Source: Flavobacteriaceae bacterium | GTDB lineage: Bacteria > Bacteroidota > Bacteroidia > Flavobacteriales > Flavobacteriaceae | DNA length: 32,000 nt | Direction of reading: 5' to 3' | NCBI GenBank assembly: GCA_965224465.1 | Contig: OZ245049.1 | Location: 3,750,001 to 3,782,000, forward strand | In this document: piece by piece, positions 7,416 through 15,494 of the stretch | Position numbering within the stretch: the stretch's first letter is position 1 | Layout: each line of letters opens with the position of its first letter | The notes under the pieces: generated by a model | Database searches by the model: none | What the model saw: the letters and a program-made list of their open reading frames with translations, nothing else | What the model was told of the DNA's origin: nothing | Translations under genes and position numbers: made by a program

Positions 7416-9302
7416 TTGGTATGTAAGCACAAAAATGAATGGTCTTATACTATGGACGAAATAAAACCAGAAGTAAAAGAACGCTGTGATTTTGGTATAC
7501 AATTAGAAGAAGTTACAGCCGAAAAACAAAAACTAGAAACCCAAAGGGATGATAGTTTAGCCAAAATGGAAGCCAAAATAGAAAATTTAATGTGGTGGGA
7601 TGAGGCAAGTAAAAAAACCTACACAGCACCCGTAAAAGAAGAAGATAAAACAAAAACGAGTAGCACCAAAAGACCTTCTATGTTGCCAGAAGGTACAGTG
7701 GTAGAAGAAATACCACAAAAAGTTGTTGTACCTTTAGACAATAAAACAACAGCAGCTAAACCAGATGCTAAACCAACGGAAGATAGTATACCAACGACAA
7801 GTACAACCGCTGCTCCAGCACCAGAAACTAAAGTAGAAGAAAAAGAAGTGCCGCCAAAACGTATGTTTCCTAAAAGCAATATAGTACATCACTTTCATCC
7901 AATTGCTTGGGTGGAGCAGATGAAACGAATGTATGGAGATTGTAAAGTTTTGAAAAAAGGAGATAAAAACGAATTAGTTAGAGAAATAAATATCCGTTTA
8001 GCAGGTTTTGGAGGAAATGTACCAACTGACGAGTTTACACAACGTACCGTAGATATGGTTAAACAATTTCAAAAAGACTATATGAAAGTGGAGCAAACGG
8101 GTGTGGTATGTGGTAAAATGTTTAAAGCTATTGATGAGTTTGATGAAAAATATATTATTCCTTTTAATAAAATTAAATGTAGATGTGGTGGATGTACTGG
8201 TTTTGGCAAAGGGAAATTTACTTCTCAAAAACAAAAGGGAAATATTAAAGAACTGTACAGGAAATATGAGTACCCAGGTATTCATAAAACATTGTTATGG
8301 ACATTAAAATCAACTATGTTTTATCTCGCAAACAATGATAAATCACATAAATTAAAATTCGGTAAAATTTCCTCTGGATACAGATGTCATATAGATAACA
8401 CACAACATAATAGAAGTTCAACTAATCATATGGGGAAAGCTTTAGATGTGCATTTTTATAAAAATAATGCTACTTCATCTTCTGAAAAAAACTGCGATAT
8501 TGTAAGAGATAAAATTCTAATAAATAGATCTGGAGCTCAATTAAGATGGGGAAACAGTAATAAAATCTCTTTAGAACCTAGTGAGAAAGACAGAATTGGT
8601 AGTGAATTTATTGCAACAACATGGGTTCATTATGATGTTAGAGAGTTTGATTTAGAATTTTTAGATGACAAGTTCTTTATAAAAAAACTAGATGATAGTC
8701 TCGAAAATAAAATTCAAAATTTAGCAAAAAAAGAAGGGTACGATACTGAATGTAATTGTAATTCTAATGGAGATAATAATTCAACCCAAGATGAAAGAAT
8801 TGATCCTGAAATTTTAAAAACAAGTGAAAAAGGAATCCAATTTATTAAAGATTGGGAAAGTTTCAAGAGTGAAGCATATAATGACTCTAAAGATTATTGT
8901 ACAATAGGTTATGGACACTTAATTGCCTATGAAAAATGCGAAAACATTACTTTATCTGAAGATTTTAAAAATGGAATTACTAAAGAAAAAGCAACCGAAT
9001 TGTTTAAAGAACGTCTTGTCGAATTTGAAAAATCTATTCAAAAAGACATAACGGTTAACCTTTATCAATATGAATTTGATGCTTTAGTAAGTTTAGTATT
9101 CAATACAGGTAAAGCTTTTTTAAGGACAAAAGGAGCTGGTGGTGGAGATACCAAAATTAAAAAGAATATTAATGCTAAAAAATATACAGAAGGAGCTGAC
9201 GAATTTGGAGATGTTACTAATGGAGGAACTTCCGGTTTAGTTAAAAGAAGAAATGCAGAAATTAATATGTTTAAAAATGATATTTATGATTCAATACATT
9301 AA
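7416..9302 (+). CDS. C-terminal ORF piece of the frameshifted PG effector; could be translated from ATG 7452 like the orphan modules
   Basis: Coiled-coil, PT-rich linker and [12 protein letters not shown], followed by three domains. PG_binding_1-like: [22 protein letters not shown]...VKQFQKDY. M15-like zinc peptidase: CRCGGC...SGYRCHIDN...[13 protein letters not shown]...WVHYDV. GH24 phage lysozyme: [26 protein letters not shown]...[12 protein letters not shown]...[13 protein letters not shown]. Confidence 0.8.
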   Translation: MVCKHKNEWSYTMDEIKPEVKERCDFGIQLEEVTAEKQKLETQRDDSLAKMEAKIENLMWWDEASKKTYTAPVKEEDKTKTSSTKRPSMLPEGTVVEEIPQKVVVPLDNKTTAAKPDAKPTEDSIPTTSTTAAPAPETKVEEKEVPPKRMFPKSNIVHHFHPIAWVEQMKRMYGDCKVLKKGDKNELVREINIRLAGFGGNVPTDEFTQRTVDMVKQFQKDYMKVEQTGVVCGKMFKAIDEFDEKYIIPFNKIKCRCGGCTGFGKGKFTSQKQKGNIKELYRKYEYPGIHKTLLWTLKSTMFYLANNDKSHKLKFGKISSGYRCHIDNTQHNRSSTNHMGKALDVHFYKNNATSSSEKNCDIVRDKILINRSGAQLRWGNSNKISLEPSEKDRIGSEFIATTWVHYDVREFDLEFLDDKFFIKKLDDSLENKIQNLAKKEGYDTECNCNSNGDNNSTQDERIDPEILKTSEKGIQFIKDWESFKSEAYNDSKDYCTIGYGHLIAYEKCENITLSEDFKNGITKEKATELFKERLVEFEKSIQKDITVNLYQYEFDALVSLVFNTGKAFLRTKGAGGGDTKIKKNINAKKYTEGADEFGDVTNGGTSGLVKRRNAEINMFKNDIYDSIH

Positions 9303-10254
9303 ATTATTATCTATTTTTATTTGTTTAACGTTAATGTTTACAGTCTCTTGCAAAGAGAATAAAAAACAAATTGACAAAATAAATAAACAAGATGTTGTAA
9401 TAGCCAAGCAAGAAAACACCACATATAATTGGCGTTTTTTGAATGCCTTTTCTTTAGATAATTCAACCAATGAAATATTAAACCTAAAATTTAAAATAAT
9501 AAAAGATAGTATTTTTATAAAGAATATTGGAAAAGAAGCACTTTACAAAGGTGAAATTAATTCTAAAAAGTACTTTAATCGTATCTATGACTATGAATAT
9601 TTAAAAAGGTTTCTAAGTGATAAATTTAACATTAAAATTAAAAATACTTTAATTTATTTAAGAAATAAAAATGCGCACAAAAAAGAATCAATTCTCAAAA
9701 AATATTTTGATGATGCGTTTATAATTGATAATTTATTATTTATAGTTAATGATGAAGATTTTGTTGTTTTTGAAAAAATGAATGTTAAATCAATTAATAA
9801 AGACACAATTACAAGTAACTATAAAATAAACAATTTACCGATAAGCTACAACTATGCAAATAATTTTATGCAAATACAATTACCAATTGCATGGGTAAGT
9901 TTAAAACCAAATGTATCTTTTGAAGATACCTTTATAGCATTATTACCAAAAGTAAAAGAATATCAACCAGTAATATTAACAGGAATGTATTCTGCTGGAA
10001 ATAGTGAAGAGTTTTTAGTAATCTTAAATAGTGAAAACAAAGAAACATCTAGAATTAAACTATATTACAACGATGCACCAGATGGAAATGTAGAAAATTA
10101 TAGTTATTCAACATATCAAATAGAAAAAAACTATACAATTAAGATTACAGTATATAAAGTAAAAGAAGATTTAGTAAATAACAAAATAACAGAAAAAAAA
10201 TCTTCCGATATATATTATACTATTAATAATAAAGGAATGATTGTGAAAAAATAA
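9253..10254 (+). CDS. Lipoprotein, putative periplasmic immunity protein for the preceding PG hydrolase
   Basis: Signal peptide plus lipobox ([18 protein letters not shown]|KENKK). The real start is probably ATG 9277 or 9286, just before or overlapping the effector stop at 9300-9302. It sits immediately downstream of the toxin. Confidence 0.7.
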   Translation: MQKLICLKMIFMIQYIKLLSIFICLTLMFTVSCKENKKQIDKINKQDVVIAKQENTTYNWRFLNAFSLDNSTNEILNLKFKIIKDSIFIKNIGKEALYKGEINSKKYFNRIYDYEYLKRFLSDKFNIKIKNTLIYLRNKNAHKKESILKKYFDDAFIIDNLLFIVNDEDFVVFEKMNVKSINKDTITSNYKINNLPISYNYANNFMQIQLPIAWVSLKPNVSFEDTFIALLPKVKEYQPVILTGMYSAGNSEEFLVILNSENKETSRIKLYYNDAPDGNVENYSYSTYQIEKNYTIKITVYKVKEDLVNNKITEKKSSDIYYTINNKGMIVKK

Positions 10255-10261
10255 AACCTAC

Positions 10262-10378
10262 AAAATATCAGGAGGGTTTACAACCGATGAAATTGCTTGG
10301 TGTGGTTCATTTGTAAACTGGGTAATGAAAGAAGCTAGCTATAGTAAAACTGTATCATCACCAGCAGGGGTTGTGTAA
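10262..10378 (+). pseudogene. 39-codon relic of an NlpC/P60-type (TIGR02594-like) toxin domain
   Basis: Translates to KISGGFTTDEIAWCGSFVNWVMKEASYSKTVSSPAGVV*. The IAWCGSFVNW core matches the catalytic-Cys motif DPWCAAFINYC of the domain at about 25770-26200. It is cut off where the IS debris begins. Confidence 0.4.
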
Positions 10379-10409
10379 TTTAAACTCTGTCTGCTTATTT
10401 TTTTCTACG

Positions 10410-10469
10410 TTTTAAAATAGTTCGATTTTCTCTTCATAAGGCTGCTTTAAAAATCGAACTATTTTAAAA
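10410..10469. repeat. Perfect 20-bp inverted repeat with 20-nt spacer
   Basis: ttttaaaatagttcgatttt (10410-10429) is the exact reverse complement of aaaatcgaactattttaaaa (10450-10469). It lies in the non-coding end downstream of the IS256-like transposase fragment. Confidence 0.8.
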
Positions 10470-10488
10470 TGAGCCCCAGCGGCTAGCG

Positions 10489-10659
10489 TCACGAACTGCT
10501 TCCGTTTTTATGTAAATCCAACGTTATTTGATCTTCAAATTTAATATATAATTGTTGAATTGTCAAGTACCAATTATGTAAAGGGTTTGTCCATTTTTTT
10601 TCGATATTTTTTGTTGCTAAGTAAACAATCTTCAATAGTGCCATATCACTGGTAAAAGG
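10489..10659 (-). mobile_element. IS256-family transposase C-terminal fragment (56 codons plus stop)
   Basis: The minus-strand translation is PFTSDMALLKIVYLATKNIEKKWTNPLHNWYLTIQQLYIKFEDQITLDLHKNGSSS*. This matches the conserved C-terminal block of IS256/Mutator-type transposases (..LLKLxYLAxxNIxKKWTxPIxNW..F..FEDR). The fragment is truncated at 10659 by the IS66-type end. Confidence 0.6.
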
Positions 10660-10857
10660 TATCCGTCCGACGAAGTACGTATAGGAATTAATAATACATA
10701 AAAAAACCTCGATTTTATTGATCGAGGTTTAAATTTTGTGGAAATAGCTCATTTAATTTTAGCGCATTGTAATCAGGAATTATATCCAGTACTTTTTTCA
10801 GCCATTTATAGGGGTTTACTTGGTGTTTTTTACAAGTCCCAAAAAAGGAATAGAACA
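10659..10857 (-). mobile_element. Truncated IS66-family element end, copy 1 (terminal ~199 bp only)
   Basis: About 95% identical to 10858-11055. It begins with the same terminus GTATCCGTCCGACGAAG and contains the last codons and stop hairpin of the transposase. Confidence 0.65.
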
Positions 10858-11434
10858 GTATCCGTCCGACGAAGCACGTATAGGAATTAAAAATACATAA
10901 AAAAACCTCGATTTATTGATCGAGGTTTAAATTTTGTGGAAATAGCTCACTTAATTTTTGAGCATTGTAATCAGGGATTATATCCAGTATTTTTTTCATC
11001 CATTTATAGGGGTTTACTTGGTGTTTTTTACAAGTCCCAAAAAAGGAATAGAACATCGCTGCATTTTTTGCAGCATCATGGCTACCTGCAAATAAATAAT
11101 TTTTACGTCCAATAGCTAATGTTCTGATAGATCCTTCTACTAGGTTATTATCTAGTTCTAAAGTACCGTCATACAGGTAGGCTTTTAAGTAGTCCCATCG
11201 TTTTAATGTATAAGTAATTGCTTTTCCTAGTGGACTTTTCGGTAAGCTTCCTTGGGTATTATGGATCAACCATTTTATAAATGTATCCATTATTGGTTGT
11301 GCTTTATCTAGGCGATAAGCATGCCGTTGCTCAGGAGTAAATTCCTGGTTTTTACAATGTCGTTCTATCCAAATTGGAGGTAATGATAGAGCTGGTGCTA
11401 CCTTTACTTCTGCCAATATTACAAGAGTAACCAT
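10858..11434 (-). mobile_element. Truncated IS66-family element end, copy 2, with transposase C-terminal ORF 10913..11434
   Basis: The 173-aa ORF carries the IS66 transposase C-terminal signature LELDNNLVEGSIRTLAIGRKNYLFAGSHDAAKNAAMFYSFFGTCKKHQVNPYKWM. The N-terminal two-thirds, including the DDE core, are missing. Its terminus abuts an internal point of copy 1. Confidence 0.8.
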
Positions 11435-11921
11435 CCAAACCTCATTCCGTCAATTTTTATGGTATGAAGATCAATATGAATATCAGTCTTTTATAGTAGA
11501 CACACGTACAGGTGCTTATGAAGAAATTCCTTTTGAAGAATTAAGAGGGGAAGTTAATATTGTAAAAGAAGAAGGTAGTATTCCTAGAACCGAAACAAGC
11601 ATACGTATACCTGAATGGGTACATGAGAAAAGGAAAAAACATGAATATAGGTTTACTGTTTTTCAACTAGTATTTGTATGTAGATTGCTACTAAATGAAC
11701 AACATAAAAAATATTATCCACATACTTATGTAGGCAAAGATCGCTATATGGGTATAAAAATGCAATTATCACAATCTAGAACTCATAATTTTAAAAACAT
11801 GAATGGATTACTATTCCCTCCGAAACCAACCGAGTTTAAAGGGTATTATCATAAAAATGTAGAGGTAGATACTCTAGATAAACTATTAAAATGGGCTAAA
11901 GAACCCGTATTAAATATATAA
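11433..11921 (+). pseudogene. 3' remnant of a third VasX-like effector gene, truncated by the IS66 fragment
   Basis: The frame of ORF 11685..11921 is open back to the IS boundary, with no start codon before TTG 11685. The tail LVFVCRLLLNEQHKKYYPHTYVGKDRYMGIKMQL parallels IIIMCRLNINNNQFFPIPKKTIPRYIAVTIPV (island-A effector) and MVLAIRVRINKEKNHYFPYRLLDKPERYIGAKFKL (island-B effector). Confidence 0.6.
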
Positions 11922-11925
11922 GTCT

Positions 11926-12621
11926 ATGGCAAAAATTAAAAAGCGTTTTGGTAAATGGGGAGGTTATTTGCCACATTGTATTGATGGACGACCTACAATA
12001 GATATAAAAAAAGAAGAAATGGATGGAGAATATTATATTAAAGCTAATGATGAGTTTTTTATAATGAATAATGATTTATTTGGTAATATATATCTATATA
12101 TAGGGTTAGCCCTTTATTTCTTTATGTTATTAACAATAGCAATAAGACTTTCTGCAGATAAAGATGTTGGTTTTATTTTTTTATTTTTTTTATTTTCTTT
12201 TGGAACATTATCTATCATATATAATTATACAGCTCCAGTAAAAAAGATTATTTTAGATAGACTCAATGGGATCGTTACTTTTCCCAACTTTTTATGGGGC
12301 AAACCTATTTGCATGCCTTTTAAAGATATGTTGGTAGCATGGTCAGTAAAAAATTCAGGAATCAACCCTTCAGGACCTTCGCTTTCTGCTTTTCATCCCA
12401 ACGGTTTTTTTAGCACCGATATTATGGGGGCAGATGTGTTGGAAGATTGGTATTTTATAGTATGGTATATGGATAAAAACCGTCCTTTACCTCCGGGTAC
12501 TGCTTTTGATGAATATCGTGAGAAAGATTATCTGCGAAGAAAATCTGAAGGCTTTCCAGAAGGGTTATATCCTTGTAGTATTCATATTCCAGAATACAAG
12601 CCTTCAAAAAAAAGAAAGTAA
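11926..12621 (+). CDS. Putative 2-TM membrane immunity protein (WYMDKNRPLP family), orphaned
   Basis: Starts 4 nt after the effector remnant. Two TM helices. Shared motifs: RLNGIVTFPNFLWGKPICMPF and IVWYMDKNRPLPPGTAFDEYREKDYLRRKSEGFPEGLYPC. Confidence 0.6.
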   Translation: MAKIKKRFGKWGGYLPHCIDGRPTIDIKKEEMDGEYYIKANDEFFIMNNDLFGNIYLYIGLALYFFMLLTIAIRLSADKDVGFIFLFFLFSFGTLSIIYNYTAPVKKIILDRLNGIVTFPNFLWGKPICMPFKDMLVAWSVKNSGINPSGPSLSAFHPNGFFSTDIMGADVLEDWYFIVWYMDKNRPLPPGTAFDEYREKDYLRRKSEGFPEGLYPCSIHIPEYKPSKKRK

Positions 12622-12685
12622 AAAACAAAGAATTGTAACTCTTATTAATTAGAAAATAATATGATAACTATTAAGAATTGTTAGT

Positions 12686-13591
12686 GTCTTTAATAAACGG
12701 GATGTTGACGCCAGTGTTGCTTGGAAGTTGGCAGGCGTTGCTTTTACAGTAAGTACTGCGGCAGGTATTTGGGGAGGAACTATTTTTTTATTATCAGGGC
12801 CTGTAGGTTGGATTGCCTTAGGAATTGGTTTAATAGGAGTGGTTTCAGCAAATATTTTTATAGACACAGACTTGGAATTCTATTTTAAACACTTTTTATT
12901 ATCCGATCATAAAAAATTACCTATTGGTAATAACAGTCCTATGGCATACAACCGTCTTGTCTATAAAAGTATTGAGACTTTAGTAGAGAGTGAGGATGAA
13001 GACATTAAAAATAGCCTAATGTATCCTGAGGATGCTATTGCTAGTTTACACGATCTTACGGTATGTACCAGCATTAATTACTATGTAGAAAACATGAAAA
13101 TGAAATTTGCAGGCAGACGTGGTAGAAGTACGGGTTATTATGTAAGTAGTTTTGGTATTACTATGAATTTTAATCATTTTTTATACGATGTAAATCAATT
13201 AGAAGTAAAAGGTATGATAGTGCGTCATACCTGGGTTAATAGTATTGGAAGTAATGCCGAAGAATTTAATTTAATATTAAAAGATGCCAAAATAGTAAGC
13301 CTGAAAAACGGACAACAACAACTTTTAGTAATTGTAGCAATACCTTACGAAAAAAGAAAATTAATAAAAGACGATAAAGATTTAGAAATGGTACTAGCCA
13401 TACGTGTAAGAATTAATAAAGAGAAAAACCATTACTTTCCTTATAGACTACTAGACAAACCTGAACGCTATATTGGTGCTAAATTTAAGTTATATAAAAA
13501 CATATACACTAATTCAGGGGAAAATAATACAGATAATCAAAATTTAGTTTTTGATACCTTAGCGAACTTAAAACTTGATAAAACATGGTAG
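12686..13591 (+). pseudogene. Orphan 3' fragment (last ~300 codons) of the island-B membrane effector
   Basis: 12688-13591 aligns to 21639-22542 at constant offset 8951 with few substitutions. The frame opens only at 12668, and no ATG occurs before codon ~70 (the track start 12728 is TTG). It begins inside the TM region (FNKRDVDAS..AGVAFTVSTAAGIWGG). Confidence 0.7.
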
Positions 13592-14367
13592 ATGCGACTT
13601 TTAATTACAAACGCCCTATAACCCATACCCAATACAAACATGGAGATAAAGAAACCAAAAAAGGAGGATTTAGCAGAATGCTGACCATGCGCATAACAGA
13701 TGATATGCATGTTATGAAAAAAAGTGATGTAGGTACTAAAGGGGGCTTTCCTTTTGCTACAGATGTTTTTTTAAAATGCCCTGTTGTTCCTAAGATAATG
13801 CCATTATGGTTGGGTAGCCTATTTTTATTTTTATTTTTATCGGGTATTTTAATTATGTTGAGACCTAGTCAGCTTAAAATTGAATTGCCAGTAATTATTA
13901 TGACGATAGTGTTTTTTCTAGGATTTTTGTTTTTTGCAACCTATTATTTTACGATGCCAACAAAAGAGCTTATTTTTAATAGAGCGGACGGTTTGGTTAC
14001 TTTTCCTGGGTTTATGTGGTGTAAAAACATAACAATGCCTATACATAAAATGATGTTTTCTATGTCATCGCCTAGTACGCAAGGAGGAGGCGCTTATATG
14101 TTGCAAATTGTACGACCAGACAGGACGTATTCTTTGTATTTATGTACAAGGGGCTATAGTTGTTATGAAGATTTATCATCTTATTTATGGTATATGGATA
14201 AGAACAGACCATTACCTACGGGGGAAGGTTTTGATCCGTGTCGTTTACAAGATTATGAACGTAGAAAATCTGAGGGTTTCCCTAAGCCATTATTTCCTTG
14301 TAGTTTTGAAACTCCAGAAGCTACGCTTGAACAACAGGCAGAACGTGAGCGTATTGGCGGTTGGTAA
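13585..14367 (+). CDS. Putative 2-TM membrane immunity protein, near-duplicate of 22536..23324
   Basis: The ATG overlaps the upstream stop (ATGGTAG). It is almost identical to the island-B copy except for a replaced patch at 13840-13917. It carries the YLWYMDKNRPLPTGEGFDPCRLQDYERRKSEGFPKPLFPC motif. Confidence 0.7.
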   Translation: MVDATFNYKRPITHTQYKHGDKETKKGGFSRMLTMRITDDMHVMKKSDVGTKGGFPFATDVFLKCPVVPKIMPLWLGSLFLFLFLSGILIMLRPSQLKIELPVIIMTIVFFLGFLFFATYYFTMPTKELIFNRADGLVTFPGFMWCKNITMPIHKMMFSMSSPSTQGGGAYMLQIVRPDRTYSLYLCTRGYSCYEDLSSYLWYMDKNRPLPTGEGFDPCRLQDYERRKSEGFPKPLFPCSFETPEATLEQQAERERIGGW

Positions 14368-14381
14368 AAGTTGATAGCGCA

Positions 14382-14476
14382 AAGCAATGCATTCGCGCGG
14401 ATTTAAAATCCGCGCCAGTAACTGAGTGTCTGCTAGGAATGTTTTGCGGAAAGGTTTACGGAAAAAGGTGATTTAT
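14382..14476 (+). repeat. Conserved 95-nt junction element, copy 2 (palindrome 14395-14415)
   Basis: Same element as 6309-6403 and 23339-23433. Here it is followed by different coding sequence. Confidence 0.85.
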
Positions 14477-14725
14477 ACATTAAGAGAAAATAGTGAAGAA
14501 GAAGATTTAATACCAAAAGTTTTAGACTACTACCTAACGGACCTTAATCGAAACAAAATAGATAAAACAAAAATAGGTGAGAAAGTTTTTTTGAATATTA
14601 AAACCAAAAAATTAATTGGCGAATTGCTATCTATTTCTTTGAATGATAAAAAGGCTGATTTTAAATATAAAAATGAAAGACGACCAAATGATACTATTAA
14701 CCTGTCTCGAATTTTTTGGAAATAA
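14426..14725 (+). CDS. Small ORF starting with the PG-effector leader ([17 protein letters not shown]), then divergent; possibly a decayed effector N-terminus
   Basis: The GTG start follows an in-frame TGA, as in the other junction copies. The first 17 codons are conserved, with only weak similarity afterwards (RENSEEED vs LENTDDVF). It overlaps the next ORF in another frame. Confidence 0.35.
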   Translation: MSARNVLRKGLRKKVIYTLRENSEEEDLIPKVLDYYLTDLNRNKIDKTKIGEKVFLNIKTKKLIGELLSISLNDKKADFKYKNERRPNDTINLSRIFWK

Positions 14726-14930
14726 TATCAAAGATGTAGAAATTAAGAATGGATATACAGTAGATAACTCTTTGAATAAGGGATTGATTAATTGCATCGA
14801 AATAGTCCTAACGGTTAGTGACACGAAGAATATTGATGATTTTGAGTGGGATTTTATTCAAAACAACCTGCTTTTGTACCTAAAAAAGAACGCAACATCA
14901 GTTTTTCCCTTTGTTATTAAAAAACACTAA
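14643..14930 (+). CDS. Small hypothetical ORF (95 aa); may be the frameshifted continuation of 14426..14725
   Basis: Overlaps the previous ORF by 83 nt around an A-rich stretch (aaatataaaaatgaaagacg). No recognisable motif. Confidence 0.3.
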   Translation: MIKRLILNIKMKDDQMILLTCLEFFGNNIKDVEIKNGYTVDNSLNKGLINCIEIVLTVSDTKNIDDFEWDFIQNNLLLYLKKNATSVFPFVIKKH

Positions 14931-15040
14931 AACCCGTTGCCTTACTGGCGAAATCAAGGGTTTTCTCTATGGTATAAAGGGCTGAATAGGGATGGAAATA
15001 ATATTTTTTGATTATTAAAAGGATATATGCTTTTTTTTAT

Positions 15041-15048
15041 TACATTTG
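15041..15048 (+). promoter_or_regulatory. Candidate Bacteroidota -7 promoter box TAcaTTTG upstream of hcp
   Basis: Exact match to the TAnnTTTG consensus, 60 nt upstream of ATG 15108 in a 177-nt AT-rich intergenic region. The nearest upstream TTTG (15007-15010) is too far away for a canonical -33 box. Confidence 0.3.
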
Positions 15049-15107
15049 ACATGTAAATATTTTTATATATATAAATATCTTATTATTAATTACTAAAATT
15101 TATTATT

Positions 15108-15494
15108 ATGTCTTTTAAAGCAAAATTAAAAGTAGGTGGACAAGAGTACAATGTATTGTCTTGTTCTTATGAATTACATCAAGAAACTGATGCAACTGGA
15201 AGACCATCTTCTATCACTAGAGGTGGGAAAATTAGATTAACGGTTGAGTCTACAGCAGACACAAGTTTGTCTGATTGGATGTTTAATAACTTTGAGCGTA
15301 GAGACGGTTCTATTGTTTTCTTAAAAAGAGATACCGAAGCTACTGCAAAGGAATTAAAGTTTTCTGAAGGTTATATGGTGAAATATCTAGAGAATTTTGA
15401 TTCTACAGGTAAAAATCCAATGTCAGAGTCATTTATCATTTCAGCAAAATCTGTTGCAATGGGGAATGGTGAACATGTAAATGATTGGGTGTAA
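15108..15494 (+). CDS. hcp: Hcp/TssD tube protein (Bacteroidota type)
   Basis: 128 aa with the typical short Bacteroidota TssD layout: MSFKAKLKVGGQEYNVLSCSYELHQETDATGRPSS..RGGKIRLTVEST.DTSL.DWM. It lies upstream of vgrG. Confidence 0.8.
   Translation: MSFKAKLKVGGQEYNVLSCSYELHQETDATGRPSSITRGGKIRLTVESTADTSLSDWMFNNFERRDGSIVFLKRDTEATAKELKFSEGYMVKYLENFDSTGKNPMSESFIISAKSVAMGNGEHVNDWV

Larger units (their letters stand above)
6353..9302 (+). pseudogene. Frameshifted modular PG-hydrolase T6SS effector (PG-binding + M15 peptidase + GH24 lysozyme C-terminus)
   Basis: Collinear with the intact 992-aa gene 23383..26361 as far as ...[12 protein letters not shown]. At 6881-6888, attagata replaces the 10-nt gaagcaggta of the paralogue. 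This shifts the frame and gives a stop at 6908-6910. The new frame (frame of 7416) is open and homologous from about 6893 to 9302. Confidence 0.8.

Noticed and set aside
6911-7432. Minus-strand ORFs 6911..7195 and 7205..7432, which appear to fill the gap between ORFs 6353..6910 and 7416..9302.
   Set aside because: The + strand frame of 7416 is open across this whole interval. It translates to sequence near-identical to residues 185-355 of 23383..26361. It simply contains no Met, so the ORF track does not show it. The same antisense ORFs occur inside the intact paralogue (23943..24227 and 24237..24464).
9253-9302. A 50-nt overlap between the PG effector and the lipoprotein ORF, implied by track start 9253. 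A similar case is TTG 26345.
   Set aside because: Downstream in-frame ATGs (9277/9286 and 26366) give canonical lipoprotein signal peptides with little or no overlap. The upstream starts are probably just the first start-capable codons in the open frame.
11685-11921. ORF 11685..11921 as an independent 78-aa gene.
   Set aside because: Its frame is open back to the IS66 boundary at 11433, and the track start is a TTG. The product aligns with the extreme C-termini of the two large effectors, so it is the tail of a truncated gene.
14108-14374. Alternative-frame + strand ORFs overlapping the immunity genes (14108..14374 and 23047..23331). Also 4471..4659 and 8101..8307 inside effectors.
   Set aside because: They are fully embedded in longer ORFs that carry conserved family motifs. 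Their products are low-complexity, and their conservation between copies is explained by the DNA duplication.
14929-14964. Possible terminator after ORF 14643..14930: aaaaccc ... gggtttt, followed by tctc.
   Set aside because: It has only a 7-bp AT-rich outer stem with a 22-nt partly paired interior and a poor T-run. It cannot be distinguished from chance in AT-rich DNA.
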